Positions 39,434-52,000 of a stretch of 64,000 bases of DNA are shown here, in pieces (position 1 is the first letter of the stretch; every line of letters begins with the position of its first letter). The notes under the pieces were generated by a model that was not told where the DNA came from, did not search any database, and was given only the letters and a program-made list of their open reading frames with translations. A program made the translations under genes and the position numbers. The stretch comes from Phallusia mammillata (lineage: Eukaryota): assembly GCA_965637545.1 (NCBI GenBank), contig OZ281495.1:14198001-14262000 (forward strand). The letters are read 5' to 3'.

Positions 39434-40499
39434 CAGTGGTTCTTAACCGGGGTTCGATCGAACCCCAGGGCTTCGGCAAAGCTGAATCAGGGGTTCGACG
39501 AAGGTCTTTTTGAAGTAAAATACAAATACTCGTTTTGGTCAAACTTTGGGGTCTATAGTCGCTAAAAAATGGCATTTCTATTTGCCAAATATCAAAACGC
39601 TGGAAGCTTACACTAAGGCAGGGGTGCACACCCTGCGGCCGTACGGCCGTATGCCGCCGCAGAGTCGAGTTGGTGCGGCCGTAAACATGTTTACTAAAAT
39701 ATATGTACAGGCGGCGGTGACTTAAATAAAACTCTTTTGCTAAATATTTTAATTTTTAAACTGCTTTAACAGTTTTTGTGGTACTAAAAAGAGTATTACC
39801 AGCCTAATAACCATATGCGTCAGCCTTTTTGTACGCCTATTGTGTGCAAACAATGCGAACAAAACAGGTACCACAAGCATCACAATATAGATTATGACAT
39901 CATAAACACTTAAGACCGATCTCCGCGTTGTGCAGCTCAATCTGTGCACCAAGCCAGAAATTAATCTGGGCTTATTGGGCTCTATTAATTTATTATATAT
40001 ATATATGATATAAACCAAGTATTTTCAAACAAAAGAGCAGGTAAATGGCCGCCGTTGGTGAAACAAGAATCTGCGATGCGGCCGTCCCAGCAAAAAGGCT
40101 GTGCACCCCTGAACTGTAGTTTTATTTTCTTTTTAAACGTAACAAAGAGCACTGTGCGCGTTGTTCTCAAGCAGAAAAACAACGAAATTTTGTTGGCAGC
40201 AAAAACTTATTACTTCATCTTTTTCATGTTTGTGTACAGATGTTAAAAATACAATGCTTCATTTTGGTAAAAACTAAAAATTACCGGAATTAATGCAATC
40301 TGGAAACAAGATGCTTGTATTATTATGTCAGAATTTAACAAAAGGACAAACAATAACTGTTGACACTACGTTTGAACAAAATCTAATTACGACCCAGCAA
40401 ACAAAATGGTTTAAAACCTAGGATGTAACTGTGGGGTTCGACCAAAGGCTGAAGAATGTCGTGGGGGTTCGGCCGTTATGAAAAGGTTAAGAACCACTG
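39434..40499. mobile_element. hAT-type MITE with nested complete MITE (39619-40111)
   Basis: Outer TIR CAGTGGTTCTTAACC...GGTTAAGAACCACTG, perfect TSD ttctagca; inner TIR CAGGGGTGCACA...TGTGCACCCCTG without a clear TSD. Confidence 0.9.
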
Positions 40500-40633
40500 T
40501 TCTAGCATATCGGAAAACATCGTAATATTCATTAATATCATAACATATTCACACAAATATATTCGATGTGCCCTTGAAATTTACATGTATTATGCATAAC
40601 ACCACCAATTTAGCAAAAAAAATTAATATGATA

Positions 40634-40685
40634 AGCTGCAGACAGTGCACACTGTTTCGACCTATAAGGTCTCATCAGTGCAGCT
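40634..40685 (-). ncRNA. Structurally complete type I hammerhead ribozyme in a 100-bp insertion (40632-40731) with 13-bp TSD
   Basis: Minus-strand RNA AGCUGCA-CUGAUGA-GACC(UUAUA)GGUC-GAAA-CAGU(GUGC)ACUG-UC|UGCAGCU: perfect core, 7-bp stem I, 4-bp stem II, stem III, GUC triplet. Flanked by AAAATTAATATGA at 40619-40631 and 40732-40744; insert absent at the paralogous site near 27660. Confidence 0.92.
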
Positions 40686-41382
40686 GATGACGAGAGATCG
40701 GCCGCATTGGCTAGTGTAGCCATTCAACGGCAAAATTAATATGAATTTCGAAAATCGACTCCAAAACATTCGATGTACTGTGACCATATCATTTACCGCA
40801 TCTACTTGAATTTTACATGTTTTAAGAACTATTGCACGATGTACTAGCAATTCTGGCTTATTACAATTACCCGATCAAAGATTTATAACGAACATTAATA
40901 ATCCATCGAAACTCAACGAAAATTAGATAATGTGCGCTGGGCTCATATAAGTTATTACCGCATTAACTTAAATTTTACATATGTAATAATACAAAATCAA
41001 AAATTTATAACTATAACATCGAAAATCAACCTAAAACCATAAAAAAAACATGCATATTTACACAACCATGAACTATTGAGACAAGTCTACATTATTTATA
41101 GGGGGCTGGTATTTCTTATAAAGTTGCATCGAGTGCAGAAGGATAACAATTTTGGGGTTAGCCTATACATATAAACTATAGTTTAGTGCAGCGTGGTTCT
41201 TAACCTGCGTTTGATTGAACTCTGGGTATTCGACGCACTGGGCTTCAAGTGACTTAGCTACAAATTTGGTTTGAATAAAATTAATTTAACGATCAGTGTA
41301 AGTTTATGAACAACGCTGTGAATTTTTGACATGCTAGTAGGGTGTAAACGTATGATTTGTGACAGAGTAAAACACAAAGACT

Positions 41383-42300
41383 ATGGACAACTTAACTGGT
41401 AATATTACTCCCGCATGTGCTTTGCCTGCCTACTGTTCTCAAGCGGCTTCAAACCACTGTTTAGAAACTCCGTTGATTAGCTGTCAATACTGCAGGTAAC
41501 CTTATTCAAGTCTTGATTTTTGGATCTTAGTTTTAAACTGTTTCAATCTGTACCATTTTTTGTGTAAAAAAACTTTTCCTGGTTTGTTTGCAGTTTTACA
41601 TCCGCTTTCTTCTTACTGTTTTTCATCCCATTTGTTGGATTTTCCGTGGTCATCTCGAATTTTTTGGTCATTGCAATAGTTTGTAAAACAAAACCCTCCG
41701 ACAGAAGAAAACTGGACTACGTCAAGGCTTCATTGGCTGTGTCAGATATCATTAACGATTGGTCGGACATTTATTTATCACATTGCAATTGGTTTATTAA
41801 ACCACCAATCATAGAAGTGAAGTATAGATTGACGTTACCAATGTTTTGGATAATCAACATTAAAACTCATTCACACGTTTGTTCTGTGATTGACAGGCTT
41901 GGATGCCCTGTTTGTGACTTTCCGGTACGGAGCGATTTTTTTGCATTCGTCGGTTTCCGAAATGCTGGAAATCGAAGTTCAATCAAAAGGGAGTATCGAG
42001 GCAACCATTTTGGGATTTGTGAACTTTACAGCCTACTCAGTGTGCACCTACCACTTGCTGTACATGAGCATGCAAAGATTTGCTGCTGTTAATTATCCTT
42101 TCAAATATAAAGCACTGTCTGCCCGGTCCGTGTATATTCACCTTATATTTGTCTGGTGCTTTTCAATAGCGTGGGGACTTTCACCGGGTGCGTTATGATT
42201 GCAAATTAGGGATAATACTTATATTTATTTTGATTTGTTTTTTACAGTGTACTTCTACAATGACTCAGAATTTCAAATGTTCGGCATCGCTTTTCAATGA
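41383..42300 (+). pseudogene. GPCR alpha-4: exon-2 donor mutated (GT>AT) and truncated in ECL2
   Basis: AACG|ATTGGT vs AACG|GTTGGT in other copies; homology ends at TTTCAA-TGA (42300), joined to the beta-2 3' flank. Confidence 0.82.
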
Positions 42301-42456
42301 ATATACAATCACAAAACTTTTAGTACATGTCATTGTTCAGAGTGGAAGCATCAGATTTATCGCTTCGTTCAACCAGTCATGGTAGGCGACTTCGCCCTTT
42401 TCCCAAACACCAACATAACGGGACGAAGCAACAGTAGTAGAGCGTTGCAACAAATG

Positions 42457-44074
42457 TCAACAATTAACCGGTGATATATTCAAGCTTGACTGTTTGCATG
42501 TGCATAATTTGTTCCAGTATTTCTTGAAGTTGTTTTGAAATTGATGGTCGAATGCACTGTACGCCATCACGTTTACCAAGCTGAGTAAAACAACATAGGT
42601 AAAAACGCCGAAACACGTAGGCTATTTCTGTTTATCATACTTTACCCTGTGGATACTGAAAGACAGTAGCAGATGAAATAGGACGATGAGATAAAATCAC
42701 AAGGCACCAAGTCCAAACTGGTTAACATGGACAAAGTTACCACAGGAACTGTGAATAGAATTTACTAAAACTTTATGTGATTATACCTTTTTCATGTTTC
42801 AAACACACAACAGGTCAACTTTTGTTATTTTACCTATCCCCACAGATAAGCCAAGCACCATGAACGTTGTAATTTTCAGCAAATGTATCTCCTTGTTCAA
42901 AGTACACTGTGTGTGAGCTTGCCTTAAGTCTCTAGACTTTCTACGAAGTTTCCAGACCATTCGAGCCGTTATGCAAGTCAATGTTGTCTGCAAATTATGA
43001 CGTATAGTTAGAGTAAAATATATTGCTTCAGACTACATTCAAACTTACCACCAACACGTAGGGAATAAGGAAAAAGGCGATAAACACAAAAAATTGTAAA
43101 GGTCTCGATTGTACAATATCAATGTATAATGAACCAAACGGAAGATATTGAAAAGCGATGCCCAAAACTTGAAATTTTAAGTCAGCGTAAATATAAGCTG
43201 CAAATCAGAAATCGGAAAAATTGAGCTGCTATCACCATAGTAAAATGTATAACTCAAACTCACCCGGTGCTGAACCAAACACTATTGAAAAGCACCAGAC
43301 CAATATCAGGTGAAAATGTACGGATCGGACTGATTGTGCTTTATACCTGAAAGGGTATTTTACAGCAGCAAACCTTTGCATGCTCATGTACAGTAGGTGG
43401 TAAATGGTTAATGTGTAGGTTGAGAAATGCACTATCCCTCCAATGGTTGCTTCAACAGTACCTCGGGATTTGGTTTCAATTTCAAGCATCTCCAAAACCG
43501 ACGAATGTAAAAATGTTGCACCGTATCTGACAGTCACAAACAGAACATCTAAACCTGGCAAAACAAAGAACAAGGTAAGTGTAAAAGACTCGTTGCTGAC
43601 TATCTTTTACCAGGTAACAAAATACACAAGGCTGGTATAACGGCATGTTATTTTCCTAACTTATTCCAATTATTGATCAAAGTAATTTTTAACCAACAAA
43701 CCACTAATGATATCAGTCATAGCAAGTGAAGCTTTGACGTAGTCCAATTTTCTTCTGTCACTTGGTTTTGTAATCAACGTAACCAGTAAGACCAACAAAT
43801 TTGAGAAGGCTACAGAAAATCCAAGAATTGCAAGGCAAAACAGTAAGAAAAATGCCGACGTAAAACTATAAAAAAAAATATGAAAATAAAACAAACTCGC
43901 AATAACTCACAAGGAAACAGTTAAAACAAAAAAATGAGTAAAACCGGTGGTATAAAGTTACCTGCAGTATTGACAGTCGATGAGTGTGGTTTGAAGGCAT
44001 TGATTTGAGGCTGAACGAGAACAAAAAGCAGGAAGAGCACAAAACGAAGAAAAAATTACAGTCAAATTCCGCAT
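42457..44074 (-). CDS. Rhodopsin-like orphan GPCR beta-2, 7 exons, apparently intact
   Basis: ATG 44074 (MRNLTVIFSSFCALPAFCSRSASNQCLQTTLIDCQYC); same exon structure as beta-1; a small indel changes the C-terminal tail (..CTCKQSSLNISPVNC*). Confidence 0.8.
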
Positions 44075-44441
44075 TTCTTACGAGATTTCTTATCGACGCA
44101 AAGCTAACGTATGTCTAACTCGTGTATAACAGGCAAGAACTATACCTCAAGCAAACCGAATTAGCTCCAGTTTTCGGGAAGATTAAACAGACAATTGTCG
44201 AAAAAGAACTGCTTATTTGTTACCCTTTGTTTGGAAACAATAAGATATTAATAATTTATCAGTGATCCAGTTTTAACAGTATTTTTCAGTGTATGTTTTC
44301 AGGAGTGGGAAAATTTCACTCATATGGTTTATCAAACACTTTGAAATAGAACATAAAGTAATGACATTTTGTGTATTTAATTACAATATCTGGTAAAACA
44401 AATACAAGACAAATTTATAAAACACGGTTTTGCGACAAACG

Positions 44442-46048
44442 TCAATGGTTAACTGAAGTAATATTTGATCTTGTAAGTTTCTGTGGCCTTACTTTGTTCC
44501 AAAGTTTCTTCAGATTATTTTGAAACGACTGATCATAAGCACTGTACACCATCACGTTTATCAAACTGCAAACCAGTAAACATTGATTATAATAGTAAAC
44601 GATGTCATACGAAACGTCAATTCTATAGTCGCACTTACCCAGTGGAAATAGCAAGAGTGTAACAGACAAAATACGACGAGGAGACAAGCTCACAAGGTAC
44701 CAAACCCACGCTGGTCAAAACAGTTACAGTTACGACCAGTGGCGTATCTAGGATCGTTTTTAGGGGGGGGGGGGGGGGGGGGGGGGGCAATAATAAGAAA
44801 TATTTTGCGACACCTGGCGGCGAAAAATGCGCCACCTTGCGGCAGAAAATGCGCCATCTGGCGGTAGACTGTGTAGACCTCTATGTTACTAAACTCGCAA
44901 TATCAACTAAATGCTGGTTAGCCTAAGGCCCTGTGAAGCCCTTACTCTTGCTGTAAGTAATGAACGTATAGTCACGATTCGATCGTATACAATACATGTA
45001 ACACTTTTTAACACTCGACACAGTTGTTTCTAACAGTGGTTGCCTCTTAATCATATTGTGAAATATCTTCACTTGTATGAGTGTGACATAACAAAGCTAT
45101 TATAAAATCCATTGTGACGTCATACACGCAGTTGGACGCCAAGTGGCCTAGATTGGCATTGTTTATTGAGATGTGTGACGAGCATCAATGCGTTACGCAC
45201 ATTGCTATTTACAGTTTTGTCTGAAAGTGCAAGATTCAATACTAAAACAGCCGTTCAAAATTTCTTGAGGGGCGGGCATGGCAACCATAACGCACCTGCT
45301 GAAGAACCACACGCTACTGAAAAGAACCAGACTAAAATGAGGTGAACATATACGGACCGGACAGGGAGTGCGTTATACTTGAAAGGATACTTAACAGCAG
45401 CAAATCTTTGCATGCTCATGTACAGCAACTGGTAGGTGCACACTGAGTAGGCTGTGAAGTTCACAACCCCCAAAATGGTTGCCTCGATACTCCCTCTTGA
45501 TAGAAATTCGATTTCCAGCATTTCAGAAACCGACGAATACAGGAAAATTACTCCGTACCGGACAGTCACAAACAGTGCGTCTAACCCTGTAAATACAGAA
45601 TAAACAAGTGTCAATTAGTTTTAATGTTGATTATCTTCGACATTGGTGATGTCAATATATTTAATTGAATAAATGACTAACCGTTGATTACATCTGCTAT
45701 AGCCAATGAATTAAGCCCTGACGTAGTCAACTTTTCTTCTGTCAGACGTTTTTGTTGTACAAACTACTGCAATAACCAACAGATTTAAGATGACAACGGA
45801 AAATCCAACAAATGCGATGAAAAACAGTAAGAAGAAAGCTGATGTAATACTGCAAACATACAAGAAAACGTTATTTGACATAAAAAGTGTTAACAGTTCA
45901 AAACTAAGATTAAAGAACAAAAAACTTGAATAAGGTTACCTGTAGTATTGACAGCTAATCAACGGAGTTTTAAAGCAGTGGTTTGAAGCCGCTTGAGAAC
46001 AGTAGGCAAATCACATGTGAAAGTAATATTAACAGTTGAGTTGTCCAT
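44442..46048 (-). pseudogene. GPCR alpha-5: frameshifts plus loss of ECL2-TM5-ICL3 exons, replaced by repeat DNA
   Basis: 4-bp deletion in exon 1 (TTGCCTACTG), 4-bp insertion giving TAA at end of exon 2, and 44738-45285 occupied by a CAGTGGCGTATCTAGG element where exons 4-5 should be. Confidence 0.82.
44738..45285. mobile_element. Partial non-autonomous DNA element with (G)25 tract and three 22-bp-spaced GC-rich subterminal repeats
   Basis: 5' end CAGTGGCGTATCTAGG; G-run 44763-44787; repeats at 44807, 44829, 44851; right boundary approximate, no 3' TIR found. Confidence 0.55.
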
Positions 46049-49000
46049 AACTGATGTTTTTACTCAGTCACAAATCAAACCTTTACACCCTGGCACGTCA
46101 AAAATAAAATGCCTAGGAACAATCTAGGCCTCAAACCACTCGTCAATTTAATTTTCGTGAAAAATATATGGGACAATGGCAACTGAGTTTACGAATTCTT
46201 TACGTTTGTTAGGAAACAATAAAAAAATTAATAATTTAAAACGTTATCTTCTCATGAACAATACGGTTTACACTTATGACAGATGTTGTTAGGTTGTTGA
46301 TATAAATACATCATTTGACGGAGAATAGCAACGATTACAAAAACAACAGCACAAAGTTCTGGAGGCTTACTTGAGAAAATTCGACGCTACTTTTTCTTTC
46401 TTTCCAGTTTTTATTAAAATTTGTCAATCAAATGTTTAGGTTAGGTAACGTATGTACGGCTCCCTCTATTTTCGACCATTTTCAAAGATTAAATCTGATG
46501 CAAAATATAACCTGTGTATATAGCTTCTCATCAAAAACGGATTGATTTTCAATTTGTGTTTACCCAGCATCGCTTACCAGCTGCAAATTCAGGTGGCACT
46601 AAAACGCCACAACGACTTTCAAACAAAGGATTGGGAAAATGTGTTTTTCTTTTGTTTACCGTAGGCTTCTTTACAAGAAGAAAACCCATTATGTGTAAAC
46701 TGGAAGTGGAACAAAAACCACCTCCTTATAAATTACACAAAACTAAACCACAACTTTGTTCTCTAAACATACGCTATATTCATGTTTTCTAATCACTTCT
46801 AACGAAGCCCAGTGAGCCGAACACCCGGAATTCAATCAAGCGCCGGTCAAGAACCACTGCACTAAACCATCAACCCCGAAATAGTCAACCTTCTCCCTGT
46901 GATGAAACTTTATGAGAAATATCAGTCGTTTATAAATAATATACGGTTGTCTTGATAATTCGTGGTTGTGTGAATATGCAACTTGTTTTTATAACTTTTA
47001 TCAATGTTTCAACCCACTTTTCTTAACCATGTTGTGTCATGACCCTTATAAAATTTTAACAAACGCTTCGATCTCCTGTTAAAGAAACATGTCCCAAACG
47101 AAACGAATTTCAAAAATATCGCTTTAGGCAGCTATTGTACTACGGAATAAAAGCAGAAAGCAAAAGTGAAAATAGTCATAAACAGGCATTTAAACGCATT
47201 TCTGTAGCTTATTAACAGCTTGATAAACCTCAACCTAGTTTCGATTAATGTACCGTGGTACTGTAGTGTATCGGGAGAGATTTCCAAAATTGTGGTAAAA
47301 ATGTTTTGATAACTACTACCGTTTCTTGTTTCATAACCTGATGCAACGCTACATCTAATTTTTGATATTTGGTGACAAAAAGCATTCCATCCCATCATCT
47401 TCAAATCGCAAATTTCCATCATTCGACTTGTGTTTTTTAACCTATGCAACTTAAAATATTAGAAAACATTGATCTATTGAAAAGGCACCTTATCGACAAA
47501 TTTAACAACTGTTTACGATTAAACAAATTTACATTTTGTCGTATGAAACTTTAATGATAGAACAACTACGGCATTAGAACAACAAAAGGTGAAAAACGGA
47601 AAACTTCAACAACAAAACTAGAAGAAACAGCGGATATAAATTCTTATTACTCGCATAAAATGCGTCACGGAAATAAAACAAACATTAAAAATATTTATGG
47701 TGTGGCTCAAACTATAAGAGAAAAAAAGCCAAATGCCGATAAGATAACCCCAAATAAACGTTGTACATACCATGGCGATTTGGCCTTCTTGACTTCGAAA
47801 TCTACGCGAAAAATATTTTTTGCACACTCTCGAAACCATTTACGCTACAAATCCTTAATTTTGCGAATTAGGGTATGATAAGAATCATGACTACGGTAGT
47901 TTTTGGCACAAACTGTTGAATTTTTAATACACAAGACTGGATTGTATGTACATGCACACAAATGTATACATATATTGCACAATCCCCGCAAAAAGTCCCC
48001 AACAAATCAAATCAAGAGCATTACTTGTGTATACGTTACATTTGTACTCCACCGACATGTTTTATGTTGAAATAATCAATTACAGAAATTATACACTGCT
48101 TTACATTGACCTTTGTCGCGTGCAAATGAAACGCACTTTAGATAACACCTAAAACTCCGATACACACCAAGCTTACATTGTACACCAAAGCAACGATAAA
48201 TAGTAACAGAAATAAGGAAAAATTGGAAGTAATGTGTCGAAAACTAACAGCTCATACAATACGCCGCAAAATAAATTAAAAATAGTTCCTTTTTGGGTTT
48301 GCAAACTGGTGGTCCTCAACTTTTTGTGTTTACGATAACGAAACCCTTTAATATTTCATCCAATTTCTACACCTAAAAATTACTTGAAGCCCTTTTAAAG
48401 ATTTAAGCACATTTCTTCAAATATAATGGGTTTGGCAGAACAATCAAAAATACTTGCTTTTTTGCTTTTACCTACCCCTCGAAACCAACATTCAGGATCT
48501 ACAACTTGCGGTAGGGAGCATGGAAATTGAACATTAAAAAAAATGTCCCAAAGCGCAAGTTAATGTGTACGTAGTTTTTTTGCTGGAAAACTTCGAATAG
48601 GCAAGCTTTGCGACAGGGCAGCTTTCACATACAGTGATTCGATAGGTCGTGCGAGTGTTACGCAACATACCCTGAAAAACATAAACTACTAAGTAAGAAG
48701 AAAACAAACAAAGTGAAAATAGGCGAATGAGTCACAGAAAATCCGCCAGTAAAAGTAAATTAGAGACAGTGACGTGGAAATCGCAACAAACGAACGACGA
48801 CAAAAAAACAAAATCATCGGAAACAATATGAGCAAAAGTTTGTTGTGTTATAGGAAGTACATGCGCTACACCTTACTGCATTAAGACAGCAAGCGGAACG
48901 ATTTTTAACCCGACATACTAGTGTGGTTCTAAATTATTATTAGCCGTTTCGCCAGAGATTTTTTTCAAACGAACTGAAATAGGGAGGATTAGGGAAATCC

Positions 49001-49094
49001 ACAAGCAATGATGTCATCTCTAGAAGCAACCATTCACAACGCGGGGAAATGAGCCGTTCACCACGAAGGGGTTTTCACCGGACTGGGCCAGACC

Positions 49095-52000
49095 CTACGC
49101 ACATGATTCCGCGACCTTGACCTGAGCTTTGATCACCAGCGTATTGTCTTTCACGAAGCCCTGACTGTCAATCATGCGCAGAGGAAAAAAGTCAATATAG
49201 CCGTAGCCCTTCTGGTTGCGTTCGGTCGTCGGACGTTGGAAAGCCATCAGATTGGTTCGCGCCTCGAGGTTCTCGGTCACGTGACTTCGGGCGGATGGCA
49301 GTTCGCGCTGTACACATGGAAATTCCGTGTTTAAATGTCGTAATGTCGTTACATACTAACACATGTTGGTACATTTTAGTTTCCCGGAAACCGCAGATTA
49401 AACGTAGCCTATAATTGCTGTTTTTTAAAACTCTCTCATTAGATTATCATTTAATGTATACTTTCTTCTCTACAAATCTATCGATCCCAACACTGTAATA
49501 CCAACCGCAAAGGGGAAACAAAAAACAAAAGTTTAAAGCCAGTGCAAAAAACCTACAAACGTTTCATACATAAAGGATCTTACCATAATAAGTTTTTTGT
49601 CATGACTTTTTACCACAGTGTGTACTGTGTTGGATAAACGCCAAGTCTTGATGCAGTGGGGTAATAGCTAACACACTAACATAATAAACACTCGTACAAA
49701 AGAGTTTTTAGGCCATATCCTCTATGACAATAGTTTATTTAGACATGACAATATGTTTCAGCAAAAAATAATTAGGCTTAAAGCTAACTCCAATCGCAAT
49801 TTTGTTTTTACTCAAGCAGCTCTTTAATTTCATGTCTCTTAATTTTCTTAAACCTGCAACAAACAAACAAACAAACAAACAGACAGACAGGGTTAATTGT
49901 TTTTGTTTACCTGGTTTAACACGGTGAGAGTAATTGAACCTGAGAAGGGCCATGTCAGGAGGTCATCGTGCTCCCCCTTCATGATGTGGATGAAGAGTGA
50001 GAGGTGTGATCCTTGTGCGTCCTCCACCCCGTCAAGATTCACCCGCATGCACATCCGGTAACCCTGAGGACTCGTGTAGAAACCGGGACTATGAACAAAA
50101 TACGTAGAGTTTAGTGTAAGCTGGAAAATGCTGTTTTTTATTTTGCTGATATTCGTGCCAGGTATCATCCAAAATGTATGCGAAGCATAAAACACAGTAC
50201 GCCAGGGCCATTGAAGCATAAAAAAGATAAAACGTTCACTTATACTTTATGCTTTGAATACCGAACTGTTATCATAATAAATCAGGAAATTTTTCTGAAA
50301 GAAAGAAAAACAGCGCCATTTTTCTGAAAGAAAGAAAAAAAAACAATAAAATTAGAATCCAGTCTATGTGCATCGTGTTGTAAGGTACAGCTCAATGTAA
50401 TTATACGTCATATCAATACAGGTGCTCCCAGTTCCACGCCTTTCATCCTTTAATTCGGGTTATTTACTAACGCCAGCCAGTTCATACCGCAGCGGTAGCA
50501 TTCAAACATTAAACAGTGAGCGTTACGTCGTGCGTGTCACAGGCCACAGATTTTGTCACGAAAAAACCCTTTACGATGCCGCGTACCGCGCATTAGCCTA
50601 GACTGGACCTCTCAAGCAAAGGAGAAAGTCAACTCTCGTTGGTTGGGCGCTAATTTTTACTCAGTTCGTGCGGTTCAGATGTGCCGCCGGCGAAAGGCTT
50701 GTAATGGCGACGTGGTCTCGTTGATGAAATGTATGGGAGGGGATTGTGAATGTAATGATAAATGAGTAGGAAATGAATAATTACTCACGTTCGTAGATAG
50801 GGTTGGGATAAGATTTAAGTGAACCTATAAAATGCGCGTAGTAAGGCACGTTAGTGGGTTCAGGTATAAGACACGAATGGGTTCAGGTATAACGCAATAA
50901 CGCAGCGTTTCTCAACTCTAATTCCACAGACTCGGAACAGAACCGTAAAAATTTTGCATGCGACCATCTTACGACATACAGTACACAAACGGGTAAGCAG
51001 GGGCAAAAACAGTCCTCCGTAAGAAAGAATAACAATACACCCAACCAGTTAGTAAATTTTCAATTCCATTTTGGCTTCTACACCTGAGGTTGTACAGATA
51101 AGCGGTACCAACTACACGATTCTTCGTAGTTATCACTACCAATTACCTGTGGAGGACCGGCGTTTCCCCGGTACAGGCTGACTTCCGCATCTGGGCGTAA
51201 TCTTTGATTCTCCAATAGTAGACGCCGTTACAACACCTGCGAGACAAAAGAGACAAAATTCGGATTATAGCCAACCAAACTAAGATTTTGTATTTTTACT
51301 TAATCACAACAAATAGTAGAGAACGCTTTGGAAATAAAAATGAGTAACAAGTGCATGTAAAATAGATTCTAGTCTAAACAAACCAATGAATGCGCACAAT
51401 AATTTTACAAAATTTAACTGAGGACATCAGGTTCCTAAAAGCAGTATCAACTAGATAAAGGGAAGTGTGGAACAGTTTAAGTTCGCCATTTGATTTCAGT
51501 TTTCGTTCTACGTATTTGAATTAGGTTAAAGTGTATTCTTAGGATAAGGCGTCTACTGTGTATGGAGTTCTAGATAGAATTTGGAGGTGTTGGATTAGTT
51601 TTATTTGCTGCTGACACTTCTCACAGAATCGCTTTTTCAAACAAAATCAAAATCAAAATAACTATTTACTTTTAAAAACAAAACAGGCTAATATACCGGT
51701 TTAGCATGGGAAAAATCGAGTCTTTAGAAGCACGCAATTATGGACTCGAATTCCCCAACCAAACCCATCATAATGCTCCCTAGTTGGTTTAAAACTTAAT
51801 ATAGAAAGAAAATAGAGGTGACGTATGAAAACAGTCGTTTTGCGAAGCTCCAAAGCGTGACGTATTAGTCAATTTTAGGTTGGGCTGAAAATGGTCTTTT
51901 CCGCCACAATGACCCTGTTGTCAAAACATCAGAACGTTAATAATCACAGCGCACCCAGTTTTATGCACAACCGGCGTGTCTATGCGTCGCTACGAAAGCT

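Larger units (their letters stand above)
40500..46135. repeat. Segmental duplication block 2 (alpha+/beta-/alpha-)
   Basis: Colinear with 27500-33820. Confidence 0.85.

Noticed and set aside
47132-47878. Several 70-105-aa ORFs between the GPCR cluster and traf6
   Set aside because: No domain features and no consistent splice signals; expected by chance.
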